A DNA stretch of 64,000 bases from Eledone cirrhosa (GCA_964016885.1 OZ024741.1:40052001-40116000); one strand, 5' to 3'. Numbered from the stretch's first letter, positions 30,041-41,694 are shown. Translations and numbers: made by a program. Notes: generated from the letters alone by a model not told the origin.

Positions 30041-30665
30041 ATAGTATATATATATATATGTGTGTGTGTGTGTGAGTGTGCGCGTGTGTGCGTGTGTGTG
30101 TATGTGTGTGTGTGTGCGCGTGTGTGTGTGTGTGAGTATCTGTCTTTGTGTGTATATAGATACATACATCATGATGGCTTCAACTCGATTTCGAGTAATG
30201 CTATCACTTGATATTTAAGCATGAACATCAAAGATGTGGGTTTTTAGTCCTGTAGGGACTTGCCTATGGCCCGCAATGCCATGTTTTGCAAACACATCAG
30301 ATGTCAAGCGATGCCTGTTCTTGAAGCTTTGTTTTAAGTGAGGAAAGGCTTTGCATGGGGCTGATCCCACTCTCTGAACATCGAATATTAAAGTATAGTT
30401 GAGAAAAAGGAGGATAGCGGTACCTAGTCTTATTATAGCCATATTTGAAATTGTAAATTTTCCAATGTTTCTGAAGCTAAACGGATGGTCACCTAAACAC
30501 ACACACATACAATATGCATATGTATATAGAAGATATATAAATATATGTAACATAAATATATATATATTACTCCTTTAGCTGTTCCAGTCGACTGGCTGAG
30601 GCACCGCTCAGTATATATATATCGTTATTCTATCACGTATAGTAGTAGCTGAAATGGACATAAAA

Positions 30666-30709
<44 letters not shown>

Positions 30710-30711
<2 letters not shown>

Positions 30712-31277
30712 TATGTATGTATGTATGTATACGTACATACATATATGTATACAGACGTACAGTAGTATATATATATATACATACATACAGGCACACATAT
30801 ATATATATGCACGTATCGGTTTACCGAACATTTATTATAATGCTCGGTTTGTTTGTTTGTAAACAAACAAACAGCCCGAATTACGCCGTACAATGTTTAG
30901 ACAACCACGTCACCTTTTTGTTCAACACTGACACAGGAACGATGTACTAGTTTCAAGCTTATTAGCTATCGTCAGCATCGTATACCTTCCTGCCAGATGG
31001 TTGAACGTCTGAAAGTATATACTTTCCTTATGCATATTAACGGCTGAGCAGCCTAATTTGCATATCGAGTGAGTTCAGTCGGCCGGGCGCACCGAAAGCA
31101 TTATAATAAATGTTCGGTAAACCGATACGTGCATATATATATATGTGCATGTATGTATATATATATACATACTACTGTACGTCTGTATACATATATGTAT
31201 GTACGTATACATGCATACATACTTACATTTAAGTAAGTGCCGTACTAAGAGTGAGAAATGAAATGTCGTTTCATTCT

Positions 31278-31280
<3 letters not shown>
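30710..31280. mobile_element. Non-autonomous element with ~140-bp terminal inverted repeats (MITE-like, family E)
   Basis: ~30710-30850 is inverted at ~31090-31225. The internal ~240 bp is shared with 39000-39270 and with the 468-bp array. Confidence 0.7.
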
Positions 31281-31340
<60 letters not shown>

Positions 31341-31459
31341 AAGTATATATGCGTCCGAAACGTCAATACCCTCTTCCTGCTATATCAAGCGTTAACCTAA
31401 TATATACCTTCCATATACTGTACCGATTGTGTTGTTATTTCTGTTTATCTTTTACATAT

Positions 31460-31590
31460 ATATATATATCTTAAAATAATAGATTAAAGTTTAAGCAAAG
31501 AATCGCTGTTTTCACCCTTAAAAGGTTCTTATATATTTGATATATATTTATCCCTATCCAGCCCTCTTTGGATTTTAGTCTTCATATTTA
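31460..31590. repeat. Short interspersed repeat in (TA)n, also present inverted at ~40520-40615
   Basis: Shared agattaaagtttaagcaaagaatcgctg and gccctctttgga segments. Confidence 0.6.
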
Positions 31591-31670
<80 letters not shown>

Positions 31671-31906
31671 CGTTGGAAAATTGAAGGGTGATAAAAAACA
31701 AAACATTCAGTGTATACAAAAGAGATTTACTTATATATATTTGTTTATTCGAATCTCATAATCCACTCTGTCGCTACTCTGAATTTCAGGTGTCTAATTG
31801 TTCGTTTAAGTCAGAAAGGAATACATACCCACACCCACAGATACACGGACACACACACACACGCGCGCACACTCATATATATATATATATAAATATTTAT
31901 ATACAT

Positions 31907-31961
31907 ATGTTGTATCTGTCTTCAGTCGTCAGAATCTGACGACTGAAGACAGACACAACAT
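31907..31961. repeat. Near-perfect 27-bp-arm palindrome
   Basis: atgttgtatctgtcttcagtcgtcaga-a-tctgacgactgaagacagacacaacat, one mismatch. Confidence 0.85.
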
Positions 31962-32097
31962 CAGCCTTCAAGAAACCACTGGTAAATATTTATATATACA
32001 TATATATTTATATACATATATATATAAATATAAATATATATATATGTATAGAAATATAGAAATATATATAGATATGTATATATATATATATATATAT

Positions 32098-32235
32098 ATA
32101 GTCCAGAAATATCCGTCGAAATGGCTTGAGCTCTGCCGTCGGGGTCATACTTTTTCCTATTTCCCACTCTATACCCTAAGTATTGAGTACTCTGGTGCGT
32201 TATGGTCCATCTGGTTCCTTACCACAATTCCTTTG

Positions 32236-32240
<5 letters not shown>
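32098..32240 (+). mobile_element. Family A element, truncated at the position where other copies fold back
   Basis: Starts tagtccagaaatatccgtcgaaatggcttgagctc directly after (TA)n. Confidence 0.75.
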
Positions 32241-32283
<43 letters not shown>

Positions 32284-32414
32284 GTGAGGGTTTTTTTACA
32301 AAATGAAAAATAACCGAGGTGTCCTACACGAGTGAAAGTATAAAGAAAAAGAGATGAAATCGAAAATGCAACTGGAGTCTTATTTTTTTTTTAAATATAT
32401 ATATATATTTGGTT

Positions 32415-32452
32415 CCTTTACCGGTTTCGCAGTTCTTCTGCTTTTCAAAAGG
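32415..32452 (-). ncRNA. Hammerhead ribozyme, U3-A8 variant, mirror copy
   Basis: Exact reverse complement of 32507-32544. Confidence 0.6.
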
Positions 32453-32506
32453 TGAGTTGAGATGGAGGGTCTGTGGTTTTTCTCACAGACCCTCCATCTC
32501 AACTCA

Positions 32507-32544
32507 CCTTTTGAAAAGCAGAAGAACTGCGAAACCGGTAAAGG
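32507..32544 (+). ncRNA. Minimal type I hammerhead ribozyme, U3-A8 variant
   Basis: ccuu-UUGAAAA-gcag(aagaa)cugc-GAAA-ccgg-UA-aagg. Stems I and II perfect, stem III palindromic (ACCGGU), GUA triplet. Confidence 0.65.
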
Positions 32545-32611
32545 AACCAAATATATATATATATTTAAAAAAAAAATAAGACTCCAGTTGCATTTTCGAT
32601 TTCATCTCTTT

Positions 32612-32641
<30 letters not shown>

Positions 32642-32645
<4 letters not shown>

Positions 32646-32832
32646 CGGAGGAAATGTGGTAAGGAACCAGGTGGACCATAACGCACCAAAGTACTCAATA
32701 CTTGAGGTAGTAGAGTGGGTAATAGGAACCAGTAAGACCCCGACAGCTGAGCTCAAGCCGTTTCGACGGCTAATTCTGGACAGAATTAGCCGTCGAAACG
32801 GCTTGAGCTCAGCTGTCGGGGTCTTACTGGTT

Positions 32833-32837
<5 letters not shown>
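32642..32837 (-). mobile_element. Family A element with a perfect 57-bp-arm fold-back
   Basis: Arms 32722-32778 and 32781-32837, 2-nt loop. Confidence 0.8.
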
Positions 32838-32902
<65 letters not shown>

Positions 32903-32908
<6 letters not shown>

Positions 32909-33460
32909 AACAAGGTTTAGCAAATAATGAAAAAGTTTCAAAATAAATTTTAAAAAATTGACTTTACCTACTATAGTTACCTTTACCGATCGGTTTCGAA
33001 TCCCAAAAATAAACGGAGACCATACGGCCTTCGTTGCAAAGAAAGATTCTCGTCAGAAGGTTCTTTTCATTCGAAGAATATAAAATTCTTGAATTTAAAT
33101 TACGAACTAGCGCTATCCAAAACTGTTCCCGAGATGAGAGTGAATGAAGTGGAATCAATTTTTTCAAGGGCCGAAGTAAAGATAGAGGCAGAGGGAGGTA
33201 GGTCAAACCGGCCGCAACTATCACTAGCAGCAGTCGGAACGACCCAATTTGTCTCTCAACAATAGAGGAGAGTAGTAATAATAGGATATGTGTTCCTTCA
33301 CGCACAAGGCGTTAAGGGACGCATGTATTGTCCAACCAAATGCCAATGTGGTTCAATGGCAGGTTAATAAATTAACGAGCCAGAACATATATAAACAAGG
33401 TTTAGCAAATAATGAAAAAGTTTCAAAATAAATTTTAAAAAATTGACTTTACCTACTATA
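32903..33460 (-). mobile_element. Internally deleted Penelope-like element with partial-tandem ends
   Basis: ~72-bp direct repeat at ~32903-32975 and ~33388-33460. Minus-strand remnant LEKID.../SSREQFWIALVRNLN resembles the RExFWIxxL...LN motif at the end of PLE GIY-YIG endonucleases, and is followed by a hammerhead. Confidence 0.75.
32979..33061 (-). ncRNA. Type I hammerhead ribozyme with extended stem II
   Basis: accuu-CUGACGA-gaauc...(inner hairpin aacgaaggcc/ggucuccguu)...gauuc-GAAA-ccgaucgg-UA-aaggu. Core intact, 5-bp stem I, palindromic stem III. Confidence 0.8.
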
Positions 33461-33486
33461 TATATATGTATATATATATATATATA

Positions 33487-36048
33487 TAAATGTAAGTATG
33501 CATGTATACGTACATACATATATGTATACAGACGTACAGTAGCATGCACATATATATATATATATATACATATATACATACATATGCATACAGGTACACA
33601 TACATATATGCACGTATCAGTTTAGCGGCGCTAACGTCGCTTTGTTCGTTTGTAAACAAACTGAACAGCCTGAATTTATGCCATACGGTGTTAAGGCAAC
33701 CACGTCACCTTTTTGTTCAACACTGACACAGAACTCACTCAATATGCAAATTAGGCTGCTCAGCCGTTAATTTTCATAAGGAAAGTATATACTTTCGAAC
33801 GTTCAACTATCTGGCAGATGGGTAAACGGTGCTGATGATAGCTAACAAGCTTGAAACTAGTACATCGTTCCTGTGTCAGTGTTGAACAAAAAAAAAAGGT
33901 GACGTGGTTGCCTTAACACCGTATGGCATAAATTCAGGCTGTTCAGTTTGTTTACAAACGAACAAAGCGACGTTAGCGCCGCTAAACTGATACGTGCATA
34001 TATGTATGTGTACCTGTATGCATATGTATGTATATATGTATATATATATATATATATGTGCATGCTACTGTACGTCTGTATACATATATGTATGTACGTA
34101 TACATGCATACTTACATTTAAGTAAGTGCCATACTAAGAGTGAGAAATGAAATTTCGTTTTCATTTTGTTTCAATTTATCGTTTTCGGTATGCCTGACCG
34201 ATTTAACTCACTCAATATGCAAATTAGGCTGCTCAGCCGTTAATTTTCATAAGGAAAGTATATACTTTCGAACGTTCAACTATCTGGCAGATGGGTAAAC
34301 GGTGCTGATGATAGCTAACAAGCTTGAAACTAGTACATCGTTCCTGTGTCAGTGTTGAACAAAAAGGTGACGTGGTTGCCTTAACACCGTATGGCATAAA
34401 TTCAGGCTGTTCAGTTTGTTTACAAACGAACAAAGCGACGTTAGCGCCGCTAAACTGATACGTGCATATATGTATGTGTACCTGTATGCATATGTATGTA
34501 TATATGTATATATATATATATATATGTGCATGCTACTGTACGTCTGTATACATATATGTATGTACGTATACATGCATACTTACATTTAAGTAAGTGCCAT
34601 ACTAAGAGTGAGAAATGAAATTTCGTTTTCATTTTGTTTCAATTTATCGTTTTCGGTATGCCTGACCGATTTAACTCACTCAATATGCAAATTAGGCTGC
34701 TCAGCCGTTAATTTTCATAAGGAAAGTATATACTTTCGAACGTTCAACTATCTGGCAGATGGGTAAACGGTGCTGATGATAGCTAACAAGCTTGAAACTA
34801 GTACATCGTTCCTGTGTCAGTGTTGAACAAAAAGGTGACGTGGTTGCCTTAACACCGTATGGCATAAATTCAGGCTGTTCAGTTTGTTTACAAACGAACA
34901 AAGCGACGTTAGCGCCGCTAAACTGATACGTGCATATATGTATGTGTACCTGTATGCATATGTATGTATATATGTATATATATATATATATATGTGCATG
35001 CTACTGTACGTCTGTATACATATATGTATGTACGTATACATGCATACTTACATTTAAGTAAGTGCCATACTAAGAGTGAGAAATGAAATTTCGTTTTCAT
35101 TTTGTTTCAATTTATCGTTTTCGGTATGCCTGACCGATTTAACTCACTCAATATGCAAATTAGGCTGCTCAGCCGTTAATTTTCATAAGGAAAGTATATA
35201 CTTTCGAACGTTCAACTATCTGGCAGATGGGTAAACGGTGCTGATGATAGCTAACAAGCTTGAAACTAGTACATCGTTCCTGTGTCAGTGTTGAACAAAA
35301 AGGTGACGTGGTTGCCTTAACACCGTATGGCATAAATTCAGGCTGTTCAGTTTGTTTACAAACGAACAAAGCGACGTTAGCGCCGCTAAACTGATACGTG
35401 CATATATGTATGTGTACCTGTATGCATATGTATGTATATATGTATATATATATATATATATGTGCATGCTACTGTACGTCTGTATACATATATGCATGTA
35501 CGTATACATGCATACTTACATTTAAGTAAGTGCCATACTAAGAGTGAGAAATGAAATTTCGTTTTCATTTTGTTTCAATTTATCGTTTTCGGTATGCCTG
35601 ACCGATTTAACTCACTCAATATGCAAATTAGGCTGCTCAGCCGTTAATTTTCATAAGGAAAGTATATACTTTCGAACGTTCAACTATCTGGCAGATGGGT
35701 AAACGGTGCTGATGATAGCTAACAAGCTTGAAACTAGTACATCGTTCCTGTGTCAGTGTTGAACAAAAAGGTGACGTGGTTGCCTTAACACCGTATGGCA
35801 TAAATTCAGGCTGTTCAGTTTGTTTACAAACGAACAAAGCGACGTTAGCGCCGCTAAACTGATACGTGCATATATGTATGTGTACCTGTATGCATATGTA
35901 TGTATATATGTATATATATATATATATATGTGCATGCTACTGTACGTCTGTATACATATATGTATGTACGTATACATGCATACTTACATTTAAGTAAGTG
36001 CCATACTAAGAGTGAGAAATGAAATTTCGTTTTCATTTTGTTTCAATT
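33487..36048. repeat. 468-bp tandem array (~5 near-identical copies) of a family E-derived unit, preceded by an inverted partial copy
   Basis: Units start at ~33733, 34205, 34673, 35141 and 35609. Inverted ~245-bp copy at 33487-33731. Confidence 0.95.
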
Positions 36049-36161
36049 TATATATATATACATATACATATATAATTATATATGTATATGTATGTAATTA
36101 TATGTATATAAATATATATGTGGGTGTATATATATTATATATATATATATATACATAATTA

Positions 36162-36245
<84 letters not shown>

Positions 36246-36411
36246 TAAATTTTCTGCCAATGATGTAAGATTAGCGCCAGCTTAAACGGTACTACATAGA
36301 GATTAGACTAGATTCTGAAGTTTTGTCAGTGATAATTCTATTTAGGCATTGATATCGCATATCAAAATCCATCACACGTATGAGTGAGTGTGTGTGTGTG
36401 CGTACGAGTGA

Positions 36412-36443
<32 letters not shown>

Positions 36444-36639
36444 ATCTGTGTGTGTATCTGTGTGTTTAGCCATTCCGTTTCATATTTACATAGTTGTTCT
36501 TAATTCATACGAAACTAAAATTGCCACCTCCTCCTCCTCCCCCTCCCAGCTATATTTTGTTATCATCGGCCAAGATTTGAACTTCGTATCGTTTACGTTG
36601 CAGGTGTTTATTTTCCTCTCTTGTTTTGCATTTATTTCA

Positions 36640-36640
36640 A

Positions 36641-36684
<44 letters not shown>

Positions 36685-37050
36685 CTATCGTCATCGTCGT
36701 CGAAGTCGTCATCACCAGCATCACTATCATCATCATAATAATTTCTAGTATAGTAATTTGTTACTGGTACTTTATTTTATCGACCCCCGCAAGGATGAAA
36801 GGCAAAGTTAACCTCGGCGGGATTTGAACTCAGACCGTAAAGTGCCGTAACTCTATGCTACAAAGCATGGTGTCCGACTCTCTACCGATACTGCCAATCC
36901 ATCATCATCATAATAGTCATCATCATTATAAGCAGCAACGGCTGTCGAAGTAGTGATGGTGATGGTAGTAGTGATGGTAATAGTGGTGGTGGTTGTAGTA
37001 GCAGTATTGTTGTTGTTGTTGGTGGTGGAGGTGATGGTGATGATAGTTGT
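36640..37050. repeat. (CAT)n and (GGT/GTT/GAT)n triplet tracts flanking a SINE
   Basis: Direct inspection. Confidence 0.85.
36760..36900 (-). mobile_element. SINE copy
   Basis: Reverse complement of the 2629-2815 family (ctggtactttattttatcgacc...gatttgaactcagacc). Confidence 0.8.
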
Positions 37051-37372
37051 AGCGTTACATCCTTGAGCAAGACACTTTATTTCCCGTTGCTCCACTCCAA
37101 AAATGAGTTATAGAAAGTCAGAAAGAGTACGCAGAGTTTAAATAGTCTTTAATTATGGTTAAATGATGGACCTTGTTACTCTGGAATTTTACCTGTGTGC
37201 TCACAGGATCACCAGAGAAGGCATACGTGTGTGTGTGTGTTTCTATATTTGTTTATATTGACAGTCGATCGACTTTTTCGTCAAATCGGACCGAGGAAAC
37301 AATGTTTCCGTTGGTCTTTCCAATTGCTAATACATTCTATCGGTCGCGACTCCAGGTAGAAGGAGCAACGTG

Positions 37373-37448
<76 letters not shown>

Positions 37449-37642
37449 TTGTATGTGTGTATATATATTTATATATGTTAATAAAAATATAAAAATATAT
37501 ATGCATATATATATAAGTATCTCTCCAGACGCCAAACTCCGCCAGTTGCAGACTGCGCATCAACATGACATATTTTTCTCAACAAAGTTCGATCATCAAC
37601 AGCAGAGTTTAACGAGCAAAAGTCAAGTCCAATCCATAAGTT

Positions 37643-37681
<39 letters not shown>

Positions 37682-37713
37682 AGATCAAAAGATGGTTAAA
37701 GGAGTTCCATATA

Positions 37714-37780
37714 TTTTATTATGCGCATTTCAAAAACAAACATCATCAAGCAATAATATTTGTGTTTTCATCAGATAAAA
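37714..37780 (-). ncRNA. Hammerhead ribozyme, mirror copy
   Basis: Exact reverse complement of 37885-37951. Confidence 0.7.
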
Positions 37781-37884
37781 CAGGAGAACATGATATGAAG
37801 GCTAAAAAAACACTTGTTGATAGTGCAGTTTTAAATCAACACTATCAACAAGTGTTTTTTTAGCCTTCATATCATGTTCTCCTG

Positions 37885-37951
37885 TTTTATCTGATGAAAA
37901 CACAAATATTATTGCTTGATGATGTTTGTTTTTGAAATGCGCATAATAAAA
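37885..37951 (+). ncRNA. Type I hammerhead ribozyme with long AU/GU-rich stem II
   Basis: uuuuau-CUGAUGA-aaacacaaauauuauu(gcuu)gaugauguuuguuuuu-GAAA-ugcgca-UA-auaaaa. 6-bp stem I, palindromic stem III AUGCGCAU, AUA triplet. Confidence 0.75.
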
Positions 37952-38077
37952 TATATGGAACTCCTTTAACCATCTTTTGATCTTATATTATGCATACTCC
38001 AGTCCCACAAACTGTAGAGTGCTTCTTATCCGATATCTGCATTGCTTTATTGTACTACAACAAAACTCACCTCCTAC

Positions 38078-38145
<68 letters not shown>

Positions 38146-38194
38146 TATAGATATATAAAAACACACATATAAATATATGTATATATATACATAT

Positions 38195-38490
38195 GCTATC
38201 CGACTACGACGAAAACCCAACTCCCATCTCATGACAGCAATACGGCACATTTATTTCACCTCAATTGGCCCCGCTCTCTTTAACATTACACCAAAACACA
38301 ATAAAACAGAAACAGATCCCATAAAATTCAAAAAGTCTTTGGACAAATTCTTCCAAGAAATCCCGCATAAACCTCCTACACCCGGATATGTCTCCGTAAA
38401 GGATAACTCTTTACTTGAATGAGCCATGGCGTCCAAATCCTGATTTGAAAGACTTCACCATGTGGTGCTGAAACTTATCAAAGTTATCAA
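38195..38490 (+). mobile_element. LINE (L2/Crack/Daphne-like) ORF2 C-terminus and 3' end
   Basis: FTSIGPALFNITPK...FKKSLDKFFQEIPHKPPTPGY...NSLLE resembles the GPxLFNxLP...FKxxLDxFLxxIPDxP...NSL terminus of these LINEs. Confidence 0.7.
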
Positions 38491-38589
38491 AGCTGACTGA
38501 ATACGCTCCTGTGTTTTTTTTCTCCTCTTTTTTCCTCAAATCCCCTTTCCTTCCTCATGTCACTATTTACTTTTATGCATCTTCTATTT

Positions 38590-38730
38590 CGAACTCTGTC
38601 TTCTGAGAAAGGACTAGTGTCCGAAACCTTAAGACTCACTTTATGCTATTTCAAGCGTTAAACTAATATATTTCTTCCATGTACTGTACCGTTATTTCAG
38701 TTGTTATTTTTTTTTCTGTTTACCTTTTAC
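38590..38730 (+). mobile_element. Family C pLTR-like fragment with a degenerate hammerhead
   Basis: gtctt-ctgagaa-aggac(tagt)gtcc-gaaa-cc-tt-aagac; core mutated relative to 23871-23910. Confidence 0.55.
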
Positions 38731-38949
38731 ACGCACACATGTGTGTGTGTGTGGGGGGGGGGGGGGGGTAAATTTATATATAGGTATAGATATATACAAA
38801 CACACACACATACATATATTTACCTTTTACATATATACAGTATATGTGTATATACACACACACCACAGACTCGTATATATATATATATATATATATATAC
38901 AAATGGAAGTACAGCATATTCGAAGCTCGAGCCGCAGCTAAGCCGACGA

Positions 38950-38998
<49 letters not shown>

Positions 38999-38999
38999 G

Positions 39000-39270
39000 T
39001 ACGTATGGATTCACCGAACATTTATTATAATGCTCGGTGTGTTTGTAAACAAACATCCCGAATTAAGCCGTACAGTGTTTAGCAACCATCGTTGCCCTTT
39101 TGTTCAGCACTGACAAAGGAACGATGTACTAGTTTCAAGCTTATTAGCTTTCGTCAGCACCGTATACCTTCCTGCCAGATGATTGAACGTCTGAAAGTAT
39201 ATACTTTCCTTGTGCATATTAGCGGCTGAGCAGCCTAATTTGCATATCGAGTGAGTTAGTCGGCCGGTGG
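39000..39270 (+). mobile_element. Family E element, partial copy
   Basis: Homologous to ~30812-31085. Confidence 0.75.
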
Positions 39271-39800
39271 GATAGTATGGCAACGGAAAGATGGGAAGAG
39301 ACAAGCACATGAAATCTGTAAGCTTAAGCTTGGTGAATTCATGGGCGAGAGATACAGACCATCCGACATAGATGAGATGTGAGCGAGAAAAGGATTTCAC
39401 ACAGGTCAAACGGGAGGAAGTGAGAGAGGGGGAGAAGCAGAGAGTGAATGAGTAGAAGTGTGAGGAAGAGACCAGCAGAGAGAGAGAGAGTTTGACTGGC
39501 AGAAAGGGTAAAAAGAGGAGAGAGAGTAAGAAAGAAACAGACAATCGCAGCTGAGGAAATAATAGTCTCTTCCTATATTTCCGTTGCCATACCATCGTTG
39601 TTTGTTTGCGAGTCTCGCTCGTTTCACCCTAATTTACTTGTCCCAATAACTTTATTTGTTGTTGCTCGCACCAACTAGAGGTATATGATTTTTAAAGCGA
39701 TGAAATACCAATGAAAGTTGTAAGATCACTGATGAAGGACTAATTTTATTCATATGTAACCCATGTGCAACCACGCAGCGCTCCATTTTTCTCCCTTATA
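39270..39800. mobile_element. Family D element with an inverted 5' portion
   Basis: ~30-bp inverted repeat at ~39271-39302 and ~39566-39597. The enclosed part is antisense to 24540-24900, while the distal part is sense to 24940-25130. Confidence 0.55.
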
Positions 39801-39883
39801 TATATATATATATATGCAAAGGTTATATTTAATTTGTTGGAATTCAACAAACTTAAAAGTTATATATATATATGTATATATAC

Positions 39884-40224
<341 letters not shown>

Positions 40225-40268
40225 TTTTGAGTTTATGTTGGTTGTATATCAACACCATACTAATTCAA

Positions 40269-40323
40269 ACTGCCTGAAGAGGTCACAGCCAAAGATGGCT
40301 GTCACTGAAATATATATAGCAGT
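40269..40323 (+). ncRNA. Type I hammerhead ribozyme within a ~150-bp insert in (TA)n
   Basis: acugc-CUGAAGA-ggucacagcc(aaagau)ggcugucacu-GAAA-uauaua-UA-gcagu. 5-bp stem I, ~10-bp stem II with one mismatch, palindromic stem III. Confidence 0.75.
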
Positions 40324-40367
40324 AATAAACGAAGCTAAATTTTAATCATTTGACTTTTATTTAACTT

Positions 40368-40419
<52 letters not shown>

Positions 40420-40420
40420 G

Positions 40421-40521
<101 letters not shown>

Positions 40522-40611
40522 ATAATAATAAATTTGAAGACTAAACTCCAAAGAGGGCTTGATAAAGGTGAAAGCAGCGATTCTTTGCTTAAACTTTAAT
40601 CTGTTATTTTA

Positions 40612-40672
<61 letters not shown>

Positions 40673-40733
40673 CATAGATATATACAAACATGCACACTCA
40701 CATACACATATATATCTATATACATTATATATG

Positions 40734-40792
<59 letters not shown>

Positions 40793-40813
40793 ACACACAT
40801 ATATATGTATATA

Positions 40814-41694
40814 TATAGTAGAATAATCGAGTATCGAAAAATCGGCGCACGAGTTCACGATAAACAAAATTCGAAATGAGCGGCAGAGAGCTCAATAATT
40901 CAGATAAATCAGAGCTATAACTATCGTTAAAATACCGTCACACATAGAACAAGTCTATAATCAACCATACGACCGAAAAATTGCGATCTGGAAGATTCGG
41001 GACACTCAGATAAAATATCAATAAATCAATAAATCAAATGAATGTAAAAAGCATACCCGGACCCGCTAGAAAGATGGTAAATCTAGCTTCTTGGGTTTCT
41101 GTAAATCCTTAAACTGCCCTCTATCAGCTCACATAAAAATATATAAGACTTCTAGGAGCAAGCGGACCGGAATTTACTTCCTCAACGAGCTTTTGTCCGA
41201 ACGAATGAAAAGGCATAACCCAGGCTGAAAAAAACGCACATGGAATTCAGCAAGGGAGATAACCTCTATATCCGCAAAAAATATTCGGGAAAATGTGGAA
41301 ATACACATATCGAATAAGAGTGCTCAATAGACATGTTAAAATAAACAGGAGCTATTCATCATTTAATAGAATCGACAAAAAATGAACAATAAAATTAACT
41401 GGTCAATAGCTAGGTCTAGAGCTAAATATAGTAGAATAATCGAATATCGAAAAATCGGCGCACGAGTTCACGATAAACAAAATTCGAAATGAGCGGCAGA
41501 GGGCTCAATAATTCAGATAAATCTAGAGCTATAACTATCGTTAAAATACCGTCACACATAGAACAAGTCTATAATCAACCATACGACCGAAAAATTGCGA
41601 TCTGGAAGATTCGGGACACTCAGATAAAATATCAATAAATCAATAAATCAAATGAATGTAAAAAGCATACTCGGACCCGCTAGAAAGATGGTAA
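40814..41694. mobile_element. Element with ~267-bp direct terminal repeats around a ~345-bp core (LTR-like or partial tandem)
   Basis: ~40814-41080 and ~41427-41694 are near-identical. No TG..CA termini. Flanked by TA-rich sequence. Confidence 0.6.

Larger units (their letters stand above)
32278..32615. mobile_element. Family B fold-back element with perfect ~132-bp arms
   Basis: Arms 32344-32475 and 32484-32615, loop gtttttct, (TA)n on both sides. Confidence 0.85.
37674..37991. mobile_element. Fold-back element with perfect ~152-bp arms (family F), continuing to ~38080, in (TA)n
   Basis: Arms 37674-37825 and 37840-37991, 14-nt loop. Confidence 0.85.
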
